A stretch of 64,000 nucleotides of DNA, taken from contig CBDDPY010000002.1 of assembly GCA_965232515.1 (NCBI GenBank), positions 608,001 to 672,000 of the forward strand, given 5' to 3'. The stretch comes from Alphaproteobacteria bacterium (lineage in GTDB: Bacteria > Pseudomonadota > Alphaproteobacteria > GCA-2731375). The notes under the pieces are model-generated. The model had not been told where the DNA came from. It saw only the letters and a program-made list of their open reading frames with translations, and made no database searches. Below, piece by piece: positions 1-8,595 of the stretch (its first letter is position 1; every line of letters begins with the position of its first letter). The position numbers were made by a program, and so were the translations under genes.

Positions 1-215
1 GGAACCTGTCGGCCGGGCGCGGCCTGGGCAGCAATTCCATCTCTGAGTTTGCCCCATCGCCCGTCATCACCTTTCAAGGCAGGCTGGAAGACGATCCAAA
101 CCCGATCGGCGAGACACCGACCGTTGTCGTGCCGGAACCCGAAACCCTGACCTTGTTTGCGGCCGGCCTGGCTGCCCTGTTCCTGATCCGTCGGTGCCGG
201 CTCGTCTGGGCCTAG
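1..215 (+). CDS. PEP-CTERM sorting-domain protein, 3' end only (partial)
   Basis: Frame from nt 3 reads ...GETPTVVVPEPETLTLFAAGLAALFLIRRCRLVWA* (TAG 213-215): VPEP motif, hydrophobic helix, basic tail. Not in the ORF track. Confidence 0.85.
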   Translation, partial: NLSAGRGLGSNSISEFAPSPVITFQGRLEDDPNPIGETPTVVVPEPETLTLFAAGLAALFLIRRCRLVWA

Positions 216-290
216 CTGAAGCGTCGGTCGGTTGCATTCGCCCGCTTCGATCTGCGAGGCTGATCTTGGCCAGCGCGGAAGGAGCGGGCG

Positions 291-1097
291 ATGCCGTCGA
301 TCGAGCGTGCCGGGTGCAGCATTCACTATGACGATATCGGGGACGGGCCGGCGCTGGTGCTGGGGCACAGCTTTCTTTGCTCTGGTGAGATGTGGGCGCC
401 GCAGGTCGCGGCTCTGTCGTCGCACTACCGGCTGATCAACGTCGACTGGCCCGGGCACGGCCGTTCCGAACCCGCGACCCAGCCGTTCAATCTCGAAGAC
501 CTCGCAGGACACGTCATCGCGCTGCTCGATCATCTCGAGATCGAGCGCGCGGTCTGGGCCGGGCTGTCGATCGGCGGCATGGTGGCGCTGCGAGGGGCGC
601 TGGCGCGGCCGGACCGGGTCGACGGTCTTGTGCTGCTGGACACCACGGCCGGCGACGAGGCGCTTGGGTCGAAAATGAAGTTCCGGATGATGGGCCTGAT
701 GGCGAGATTGTTCGGCATCAGGCCGCTGATGCCGTCCATCCTGCCGCTGATGTTCGGCGAGACGTCCCGCAAGGAACGGACCGATCTGGTCGAGGCATGG
801 CGATCGCGCATCGCGGCGACCGATGTTCCGTCGTTGCTGATGACGTTGGATGCCCTGATGGCGCGGGAGTCGCTGTTGCCGCGGCTGCCGGAGATCAACA
901 TACCTGTCTTGGTAATGGTCGGCGCGGAAGATGCCGCCCTGCCGCCGGATCATTCACGGGCCTTAGTCGCCCATCTGCCGCAGGCAACGCTCGACATCAT
1001 TCCCGGTGCCGGCCACTTGACGACATTGGAGCAGCCCGATGTGGTGAACGACGCGATGTCGGCGTTTCTGAACCGGATCCATCCGACGTCCGGGTAG
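291..1097 (+). CDS. alpha/beta hydrolase (3-oxoadipate enol-lactonase-like)
   Basis: GHS oxyanion region, DWPGHGRS, GLSIGG nucleophile elbow, GAED and AGHL catalytic Asp/His; AGGAG RBS. Confidence 0.9.
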   Translation: MPSIERAGCSIHYDDIGDGPALVLGHSFLCSGEMWAPQVAALSSHYRLINVDWPGHGRSEPATQPFNLEDLAGHVIALLDHLEIERAVWAGLSIGGMVALRGALARPDRVDGLVLLDTTAGDEALGSKMKFRMMGLMARLFGIRPLMPSILPLMFGETSRKERTDLVEAWRSRIAATDVPSLLMTLDALMARESLLPRLPEINIPVLVMVGAEDAALPPDHSRALVAHLPQATLDIIPGAGHLTTLEQPDVVNDAMSAFLNRIHPTSG

Positions 1098-1172
1098 GTA
1101 ATCGGGCGCTTGCCGCGCCGCCGCAGTTGGGGTCTAGTTTCGATAACACCAGCTTGCATTAGGGGGCTAGCG

Positions 1173-2783
1173 ATGAGACGGCGACTGATTTGGGCGGCGG
1201 CTTTCGGTTTTATGCTGACGGCGACGGTGGCGCAAGCGGACTATACGCTGACCATCCTTCACATAAACGACATGCACAGCCGGCTGGAGCCGATTAACAA
1301 GTACGACTCCACTTGCAAACCCGAAGATGATGCGGCCGGCAAGTGCTTCGGCGGCATCGCCCGCGTTAAGACCAAGATCGATGAGCGGCGCGCGGCGATC
1401 GGCGCCGGGGGTGGGAACGTCCTGGCGCTCGACGCCGGCGATCAGTTCCAGGGCTCGTTGTTCTACACGACCTACAAGGGCGCGGCGGCGGCCGAATTCA
1501 TGAACCTGATCGGCTTCGACGCCATGGCCGTCGGCAACCATGAATTCGACGACGGACCGGAGGCGCTTGCGAGTTTTCTCGACAAGGCGGAGTTTCCGGT
1601 CCTGCTCGGCAATGTGGATGTCTCGAATTCCGACGTTCTGCGCGGCCGGCTTGCGGGCCACGTCGCGCTCGACGTCGGCGGCGAGAAAATCGGCATCATT
1701 GGCGTTTTAGCCGAGGATACGGGCGAGTTGTCGGCTTCCGGACCCGACGTCGTGTTCCAGCGCGCGGAAGACTACATCCGTGCCGCCGTCGCCGAGCTTG
1801 AGACCCGCGGCGTCAACAAGATCATCGCGCTGACGCACACCGGCCTGCCGCGGGATCGGGAAATCGCGGCGGCTGTTTCCGGTGTCGACCTGATCGTCGG
1901 CGGGCATTCGCATACGCTCTTGTCCAATACTGCGGACCGGGCCGCCGGCAGCTATCCGGTCTGGGTCAAGAACCCGGACGGCGTGAACGTACCGATTGTG
2001 CAGGCGGGCGCCTACTCGAAGTATCTCGGCGAGATCGAGATCAAATTTGACGATGCCGGTCGCGTCGTGTCCGCCAAAGGTGAACCGCACCTGCTGGATG
2101 GTTCCGTGACGCCGGACCCGACGGTCGCGGCGCGGCTGGCGGAACTGGCGGCGCCGATCGAGGAACTGAAAAGCCGGGTCGTGGCCGAGACCAGCGCACC
2201 GATCGACGGCGACCGCGGCAACTGCCGTGGCGGCGAGTGTGAGATGGGCAACCTGGTCGCCGAGGCCATGCTTGACCGGGTCAAGGATCAAGGCATCGGT
2301 ATTGCCATTCAGAACGGCGGCGGTTTGCGCGCGTCGATCGACGCCGGCCCGATCACCATGGGCGAAGTGCTGACGGTGTTGCCGTTCCAGAACACGGTGG
2401 CGACGTTCAAGCTGAAGGGCAGCGATATCGTCGCCGCGCTCGAGGGCGGCGTCAGTCAGGTCGAAGACGGCAAGGGCCGCTTTCCCCAGGTTGCCGGACT
2501 GAAGTTCACCTGGACCCGTGCGGTGGCGCCGAACGGTGGCCGGATCAAGTCGGTCGAGGTCATGGACGGCGGCGCCTGGACGCCGATCGATCCCGACAAG
2601 GTCTATGGCGTGGTGACCAACAACTTCATGCGCGGGGGCGGCGACGGCTACAAGGTCTTCGCGACCAACGCCATGGACGCCTATGACTACGGGCCGGGTC
2701 TCGAAACGGTGGTCGCCGAGTATCTTGCCGCGGCGGGCAGCTACAAGCCGTTCGTCGACGGCCGTATTCGCGAACTCCAGTAG
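1173..2783 (+). CDS. periplasmic 5'-nucleotidase / UDP-sugar hydrolase (UshA family)
   Basis: Signal peptide; metallophosphoesterase motifs HINDMH, DAGD, GNHEFD, GGHSH; C-terminal NGGGLR and GGDGY; start moved to ATG 1173. Confidence 0.93.
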   Translation: MRRRLIWAAAFGFMLTATVAQADYTLTILHINDMHSRLEPINKYDSTCKPEDDAAGKCFGGIARVKTKIDERRAAIGAGGGNVLALDAGDQFQGSLFYTTYKGAAAAEFMNLIGFDAMAVGNHEFDDGPEALASFLDKAEFPVLLGNVDVSNSDVLRGRLAGHVALDVGGEKIGIIGVLAEDTGELSASGPDVVFQRAEDYIRAAVAELETRGVNKIIALTHTGLPRDREIAAAVSGVDLIVGGHSHTLLSNTADRAAGSYPVWVKNPDGVNVPIVQAGAYSKYLGEIEIKFDDAGRVVSAKGEPHLLDGSVTPDPTVAARLAELAAPIEELKSRVVAETSAPIDGDRGNCRGGECEMGNLVAEAMLDRVKDQGIGIAIQNGGGLRASIDAGPITMGEVLTVLPFQNTVATFKLKGSDIVAALEGGVSQVEDGKGRFPQVAGLKFTWTRAVAPNGGRIKSVEVMDGGAWTPIDPDKVYGVVTNNFMRGGGDGYKVFATNAMDAYDYGPGLETVVAEYLAAAGSYKPFVDGRIRELQ

Positions 2784-2786
2784 GCT

Positions 2787-2826
2787 CAAAAAGAAACGGC
2801 GGCGCCCTGGGGGAGGGGCGCCGCCG
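2787..2826 (-). terminator. intrinsic terminator downstream of the MlaC-like gene
   Basis: Minus strand CGGCGGCGCCC-ctccccca-GGGCGCCGCCG followed by TTTCTTTTT. Confidence 0.8.
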
Positions 2827-2967
2827 GTACGCGGCGGGGGGCGTCAGCGGCGGGGTCTGCTGCGCTGGGGGCGGGGAGCCCGTCTACAGCACGCGCGGCG
2901 ACGTCACCCGGCCTTACAACTGATTATCTGGCAGTTTTCTGTTTCCGTTCCGGTCCGGCCGGGACTC

Positions 2968-3594
2968 TCAGGCGGCGGCCTTCTTCTTCAGCGCGGCGAT
3001 CAGGACATCGAGCTTGCCACCGTTGCTGCGGATCAGCGATGCGAACTCCGAACGCTGGGTCACCGCCATCGAGACGTTCTCCACCACGACGTCGATGATC
3101 TTGAAGCTGCCGTCGCGCTCGCGCACCCGCCAGTCGATCTTCAGCGACCGGCCGTCGGGTCCGGCGAACACCGTGGTAACCATGGTGTCTTTCTCGTCGA
3201 TGGCGCGGCTGCCCTTGATCTCGACGGCGAGTTCGTCGAGCTGTGACAGGCGGCGCACATACGTCTTCACGACATAGCGCTCGAACGCCTGCATGTAGGC
3301 GGCGCGCTGGGTATCGTCGGCCCGGCGCCAGTGGCGTCCCAACACGGTGCGGCTGAGCGTCTTGATATCGAAGCCGTCGACGAACAGCGTGTGCAGCTCG
3401 GCCGCCTTCTGGGTTTCGCTCAACTGGCCGTCGGCGAGCACCGTAATGGCGTTCTGGCTCAAATTGGCGATGTGGTCCGTCGCGGTGGTCGCATCGGCGA
3501 GCGCCGGGCGGGTAAGGCCGCTGACGGCGGTCAGAACCAGACCGGCGACCATGGTGGCTTTGAGGGTGGCTTTGAAGCTGCGACGGACGAACAT
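2968..3594 (-). CDS. MlaC/Ttg2D/HpnM-family periplasmic lipid-binding protein
   Basis: Signal peptide; FDIKTLSRTVLGRHW; C-terminal KIIDVVVENVSMAVTQRSEF signature. Confidence 0.88.
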   Translation of the reverse strand: MFVRRSFKATLKATMVAGLVLTAVSGLTRPALADATTATDHIANLSQNAITVLADGQLSETQKAAELHTLFVDGFDIKTLSRTVLGRHWRRADDTQRAAYMQAFERYVVKTYVRRLSQLDELAVEIKGSRAIDEKDTMVTTVFAGPDGRSLKIDWRVRERDGSFKIIDVVVENVSMAVTQRSEFASLIRSNGGKLDVLIAALKKKAAA

Positions 3595-4219
3595 CTCTCA
3601 AACTCCTCTCGATCTGAACCACATCGGACCTGTTGACGTGTTGGTCGAGGTCCCCCGAATTTGATCCGCGCTTTGGCTCGGTCAGCGACCCGTCGGCGCG
3701 ATCTGAAAGGGGTATTGCAGGCCCTGGGCCAATCGTCCCATTGCCTCGACAAATTTGGCCGGTTAACCACCTAAGTGATTTGAACTGAGGCAATAATTGG
3801 GATCATCGTGTCTGGTGTTTAATCCTAATATTGCTTAACCATGGGCAATAAGTGACCCATTTCGACACGCGCTGGCCCAATCCTGGTCGGGCCGGCTGGC
3901 GTATTGGCCGGATGTCGAAGCTGATGCCCTCTGCGGTTTCCCGGCAGCGCGATCTGGTCCCGAAATTGGACATGCCGAGACGCGACAATGGCGTTGTAAG
4001 ATTGAATTGGCGGCGGATTCGCTATTTTGACAATACGCAGAATCCCAGTTTCAAATAATGATGTTCTAATTTAGCCGAAATTGCCCGTATATTTGATTAT
4101 ATATTGAGAAAATTTACTTTGAATGGAATTATCACTGGTATCGAGGAAGAAGTTGTTATCCGGATATTTGATTCTGCGGTGGAAAATTGTAAATTGTACG
4201 CGCTTGAGGGCCAAGCCAA

Positions 4220-4798
4220 TTGCGGAAGTCGGAAATTCAGCTTCATGATCTGGTGATCGCCGAGCGTTTCGATGCGCTTAGCCAGTTCTACATGGAGCTG
4301 GGGATGCCGACGCCGCGCATTGTCTGGTCGCCGACGGTTGCGGAATTGGAGCAGGCACAGCTGCAATTTCTGCTGACCTATTGGCAGGGGCTGCGGGACG
4401 GTGCGGGCCGGGTGCCCGTTGGCAGCATCGATGCGCTCAATATGCGGCCGGCCCTGGGATACGTCATGTTGCTCGACGTGCTGGATGGCGGCGCCGACTT
4501 TCGTTATCGGCTTTACGGCAGCGTCATTGCGCAACATTCGAACTTTGACATGACTGGACGGCGCTTGTCGGAGTTGAAGCCCGAACAGGGGGTCGGCGCG
4601 TTCTTTCAGGTGGTCTACCGCGCAGTGCTGGCCCGGCCTGAGCCGATCTACACAGAGCACGCGCCGCCACCGACGATACGGGTCAAGCTTTGGTATCGGC
4701 TGATCCTGCCCTTGTTCGACGATAACGGCGTGGTGTGCCGGCTGCTGGTCGGCAACGTGCCCGGCGAGTGGCGAAATCCCGATCTACCGTTCGGTTGA
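4220..4798 (+). CDS. stand-alone PAS domain protein (PAS_5/DUF1457 type)
   Basis: LLTYWQGLR...LLDV...FRYRLYGS...DMTG...RLILP pattern; TTG start uncertain. Confidence 0.8.
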   Translation: MRKSEIQLHDLVIAERFDALSQFYMELGMPTPRIVWSPTVAELEQAQLQFLLTYWQGLRDGAGRVPVGSIDALNMRPALGYVMLLDVLDGGADFRYRLYGSVIAQHSNFDMTGRRLSELKPEQGVGAFFQVVYRAVLARPEPIYTEHAPPPTIRVKLWYRLILPLFDDNGVVCRLLVGNVPGEWRNPDLPFG

Positions 4799-4901
4799 TC
4801 ACATGCGCGACGCGGCCTCGAAATCGTCGGATTGCAAGTTGCAATAGCTGGCGCCATTGCGCATCGTCGGCGGTCTGTTTCGACCATACGGGACCGCCAG
4901 C

Positions 4902-5543
4902 ATGCCGAACCGCATTGAAAGTGTCGCCGCGTTGACCGAGTTGGGGCGGGTACAGCTGTCGCCGCATTTTTTCATGCGCGAGATGCTTTACAGCGAGGTC
5001 GCGAACTTCCATGGCATGCCAAACATTCCCGACGACCCGGATCTGGCTATCGAGGTCGGGAAGAAGCTGGCCGAGCAGATCCTGGAACCGCTGCATGACG
5101 CATTCGGCGCCGTGACGATCCGCAGCGCTTATCGCTCGCCGTCCGTGAATGGATTCTGCAACGAGATGTTCGAGAAGGGCGAGCGGTCCTATTTCTGCAG
5201 TCCGAACGACTACAACCGCGCCCGACATATCTGGGACCAACGCGATGCGGAAGGCTTCCTCGGCGCCACGGTCAGCATTGTCATCCCCTGGTACCTACCG
5301 CGCTTCGCCGGGAGCCAGGACCCCCGGCCGCTCGCCTGGTGGATCCGCGACCATGTGCCGGCCTACGATTCCATGTCGTTCTATCCCTGGCTCTGCGCCT
5401 TCAACATCCGCTGGTACGAGGGCGACAGCGATCAGGAGATCCGCCTCAGCGACGGCGTCGACAGTGAGGTGCTGACGCGGCGCGACATGGCCAACTTCGA
5501 TGGCGACCACAGCGCCAGCTATCCCGGCTTCCCGGGCGCGTAG
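4902..5543 (+). CDS. peptidase M15-like protein, possibly non-catalytic
   Basis: LSPHFFMREM, LEPLHDAFG, IRSAYRSPSVN resemble the M15A fold; start moved to ATG 4902. Confidence 0.7.
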   Translation: MPNRIESVAALTELGRVQLSPHFFMREMLYSEVANFHGMPNIPDDPDLAIEVGKKLAEQILEPLHDAFGAVTIRSAYRSPSVNGFCNEMFEKGERSYFCSPNDYNRARHIWDQRDAEGFLGATVSIVIPWYLPRFAGSQDPRPLAWWIRDHVPAYDSMSFYPWLCAFNIRWYEGDSDQEIRLSDGVDSEVLTRRDMANFDGDHSASYPGFPGA

Positions 5544-5552
5544 GCGGCCGGT

Positions 5553-6317
5553 CTAGAGGCGCATACGAAAGTCGTTCTGGCCCGACCGGTCGGCGCCGCG
5601 CATCAGGTAGAGGGTACGGTCCGCGTGCCCGACCTGCAGGGCCTTCTCGCGGGTCTGCCGTACGGCCAACTCGCGGTCGAAGATCGAGGTCGTCGGCATG
5701 AACCGCAGCGTCATGCCGCGCCGCGGCTTCGCCGACCGGTTCGCTTCGGAGCCGTGCACGAGCCGCACGTCATGCAGCGACATCTGGCCGGCCTGCAGCA
5801 CGAGATCGACGGCGTCATCCTCGTTGTATTCGCTGGGTAGCAGCTCCTGGTTCAGCGTCAGATCGGGACCGCGATTGGTGCGGTGCTCGAGAAGGCGTTC
5901 GGTCTTATGCGAGCCTGGCACGACCCGCAGGCAGCCGTTCTCGACCGTCGAGTCGTCGATGGCGATCCAGGCCGTGCAGGTGGCGACCGGTCGGATCGGC
6001 CAGTATTCCCCGTCCTGATGCCAAGGGGTCTTGCGGCCATTGAGCGCCGGTTTGGCGAAAAAGCTGGAGTTCCATAGCGCGAAGTCGGGGCCGATCAACT
6101 GTTCGACCATGTCCAGGATGTGCGGATCGCGGGCATAGTTCAGGAAGCTGAGGTCGTAGGCGAGCAGATTTGGGCAATAGTCGGCGAATTCCGGATGCCG
6201 GTCGATCAGTCGGTCGTGATCGGCGCGTATCCGATCGAGGGTCGTATCATCCAGCCGATAGTCGGGAACGATGTAGCCGTCGGCATGGTATTGGGCGACC
6301 TGCGCATCCGTCAGCAT
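5553..6317 (-). CDS. phytanoyl-CoA dioxygenase family Fe(II)/2OG oxygenase
   Basis: PWHQD, WIAIDD, ENGCLRVVPGSH, HGS..N.S...RR motifs; AAGGA RBS favours ATG 6317. Confidence 0.9.
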   Translation of the reverse strand: MLTDAQVAQYHADGYIVPDYRLDDTTLDRIRADHDRLIDRHPEFADYCPNLLAYDLSFLNYARDPHILDMVEQLIGPDFALWNSSFFAKPALNGRKTPWHQDGEYWPIRPVATCTAWIAIDDSTVENGCLRVVPGSHKTERLLEHRTNRGPDLTLNQELLPSEYNEDDAVDLVLQAGQMSLHDVRLVHGSEANRSAKPRRGMTLRFMPTTSIFDRELAVRQTREKALQVGHADRTLYLMRGADRSGQNDFRMRL

Positions 6318-6371
6318 GTTCGGCATCCTTTTTCTGGCGCCCGAACATCTGAGCATCGGTCGACCGGCAGG

Positions 6372-6821
6372 TCAATTTTCGGTCGGTGGCGGGTGGTCCC
6401 ACGGCGCCGCCGGCTCGCAGGCGAGCCGGCGGACGCCCCAGAGTCTTGCCTGCTCGTAGGCACGACGCACCAACAGCATGGCGACGGCGCCGTGAAGCGC
6501 CGGATCGCGAACCGCGAGCCAGTCCGTTCGCGCCGTGCCATTGTCGTCGATCAGCAGCGCAATGCAGCCAACCGGCTCGTGATCCTGGCGCGCGATCAGC
6601 AGACAGCCGGATCCCGGACCGCCGCCACCGTGCCGCAAGCGGCTAAGGGCTTCGCCGACGCCTGGTCGCTGTCGTCGGCCGACGTTGTCCGTGCTGCATT
6701 TTCGGATCAAGCGCATGGCGTGCCAGTAATCGTCCAGTCGTGTGGCAATCCGCACGTCGACGCCGGCGCTGGTTACGGGCGCATCTGCGCGTCGGCGGGG
6801 TTGCTTTCCGAGGATGTTCAT
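6372..6821 (-). CDS. divergent GNAT-like hypothetical protein
   Basis: VRIAT...LLIARQDHEPVGCIAL...LAV...GAVAMLLVRRAYEQARLWGVRRL follows GNAT topology, but motif A is degenerate. Confidence 0.5.
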   Translation of the reverse strand: MNILGKQPRRRADAPVTSAGVDVRIATRLDDYWHAMRLIRKCSTDNVGRRQRPGVGEALSRLRHGGGGPGSGCLLIARQDHEPVGCIALLIDDNGTARTDWLAVRDPALHGAVAMLLVRRAYEQARLWGVRRLACEPAAPWDHPPPTEN

Positions 6822-7082
6822 GGGTCCGACCCGTCGAATGTGGTGGCGGTTTGGACGGTCGTCGGTGTGACCGGCAAATCTGCACCGATTGTGCGCGCGC
6901 CGCGTTTCGTCGCAGTGTCCGCGATCGGCGATTTGGTTTCAGATGTTTCGGCCGTGATCGAGGCTGGCAGCCAAGCATTGGTCAAATCCTCGTCAGTCGA
7001 TATTCGCGGCGAGGACAGATTTGGCAAAATACCGTAACGTGGAGGCGGGGTTACCTAAGCAATTCACAAAAAGGGGAAGGTC

Positions 7083-7376
7083 ATGGCAACGACGGTAGTA
7101 CTGGAAGTGCGTGCGAAGGCCGGTACGGGGAGTGACGTCAATCGCGCCTTCAAGGAGATCCTGCCCGATACGCGGGCGTACGACGGCTGCCATGGGGTCG
7201 ACGTTTACCGCAATGACGACGATGCCGATGTCATCGTGGTGATCGAGCAATGGGAGTCTCGCGCGCACTACGAGAAATACCTTGCCTGGCGCATGGAGAC
7301 CGGCCTGCTGGCGCAACTTGCCGAGGCGCTCGACGGCGATCCCAGCATTCGTTACTTCAACAAGACGGACGCCTGA
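7083..7376 (+). CDS. antibiotic biosynthesis monooxygenase (ABM) domain protein
   Basis: TRAYDGC, IEQWESRAHYEKYLAWR; GGGGAAGG RBS. Confidence 0.9.
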   Translation: MATTVVLEVRAKAGTGSDVNRAFKEILPDTRAYDGCHGVDVYRNDDDADVIVVIEQWESRAHYEKYLAWRMETGLLAQLAEALDGDPSIRYFNKTDA

Positions 7377-7722
7377 CCGGACCATCGAGCTGCAACGACC
7401 GCGGTTGTCCGACGTGCAACGACAGATCCGGGTCCATTCGTAATTGCTAATCCTTGTGAAGCAATTCACAGGAAGGCGGACGACGGCCGCCTATGTCTTG
7501 AACGGTTTCGGGCACCGTATTCCTGACTGTCTGCAGCACCGCCAAATTGTTGCAGGCGTTGGCTTCCGAGGTGCGGTTTCCGCGTGACGTTGAGCGGGGC
7601 GCTTACAGCAAGACCTGATCGACGACGGCAAACTGCCGCCACGGCGCGGTCGGCCGGATGGGGCGTGGGCAAGATCCGTTGCCGCGTGGCGTCCGGTCGG
7701 TGAACGATGAGGTTAGGAAGTC

Positions 7723-8517
7723 ATGGCACGTCATATAGTCAAGCCAATGTGCGGGGTGTTGGCCGGCCTTTTGGGATTGCTTGCGTTGGCCGGCGGCAGC
7801 GCCAAGGCCGACGCGGACTGTCGTTTGCGGGTCGGGTGGGAGCCGTATGCGATTTATACCTATGCCGGCGCATCGGGTGAGGTTACCGGCGCCGATATCG
7901 ACCTGATGCGCGCGATCGGGCGCGATCTGGGCTGCGAGATCACATTCAAGCAAGCGCCCTGGACGCGCGTCCTGCTCGAAGTGGAGAACGGCACGATCGA
8001 TGTTTCGACCAGCACCAGCCGAACGCCCGAGCGGGAAAAATTCGCCTGGTTCTCGAACAGCTATCGAACCACTGAAATGGCGATCTATGTGCGCCGGGGC
8101 GAGGTCGGGATCTACCGACTGGACAATCTCGGCGCCGTGGCCAAGGTCGGCTTCAAGCTGGGCGTCATCGCCGGCTATCATTACGGGCCCGAGTTCGCCG
8201 CTCTGATGCGCGATCCGGTATTTTCCGGCTTTGTCGATGCCGCCATCGATTATCAGACCAACATAAAGAAGCTGATGCATGGACGGATCGATGGCTATCT
8301 GGTCGAGGATGTCGGGGTGATGTTGGCCGAGGCCAAAACGCTTGGTGTCCTGGATCAGATCGAGCGCTATCCGCTGGCGATTCCGGGCGAAAAGCTGCAT
8401 CTGATGTTCAGCCGCAAGACCGTCGACCCGGAGACGGTCAAGGCGGTGAACGCGAGCCTCGAGCGCATCATGGCCGACGGCCGGTTGTCGAAATTCGTCG
8501 ACCGGCATATGAAATAG
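7723..8517 (+). CDS. periplasmic substrate-binding protein, family 3 (amino-acid type)
   Basis: Signal peptide; GADIDLMRAI, PWTR, GTIDV, TPERE, GVIAGYHYG, GRID. Confidence 0.88.
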   Translation: MARHIVKPMCGVLAGLLGLLALAGGSAKADADCRLRVGWEPYAIYTYAGASGEVTGADIDLMRAIGRDLGCEITFKQAPWTRVLLEVENGTIDVSTSTSRTPEREKFAWFSNSYRTTEMAIYVRRGEVGIYRLDNLGAVAKVGFKLGVIAGYHYGPEFAALMRDPVFSGFVDAAIDYQTNIKKLMHGRIDGYLVEDVGVMLAEAKTLGVLDQIERYPLAIPGEKLHLMFSRKTVDPETVKAVNASLERIMADGRLSKFVDRHMK

Positions 8518-8595
8518 GTCGACGAAGCCGAAACAGAAGAAAAGGCGGGCGGCACGCGGGCTGACGCGGTCCGCACGCCGGAGGCGTGGCCAGCC

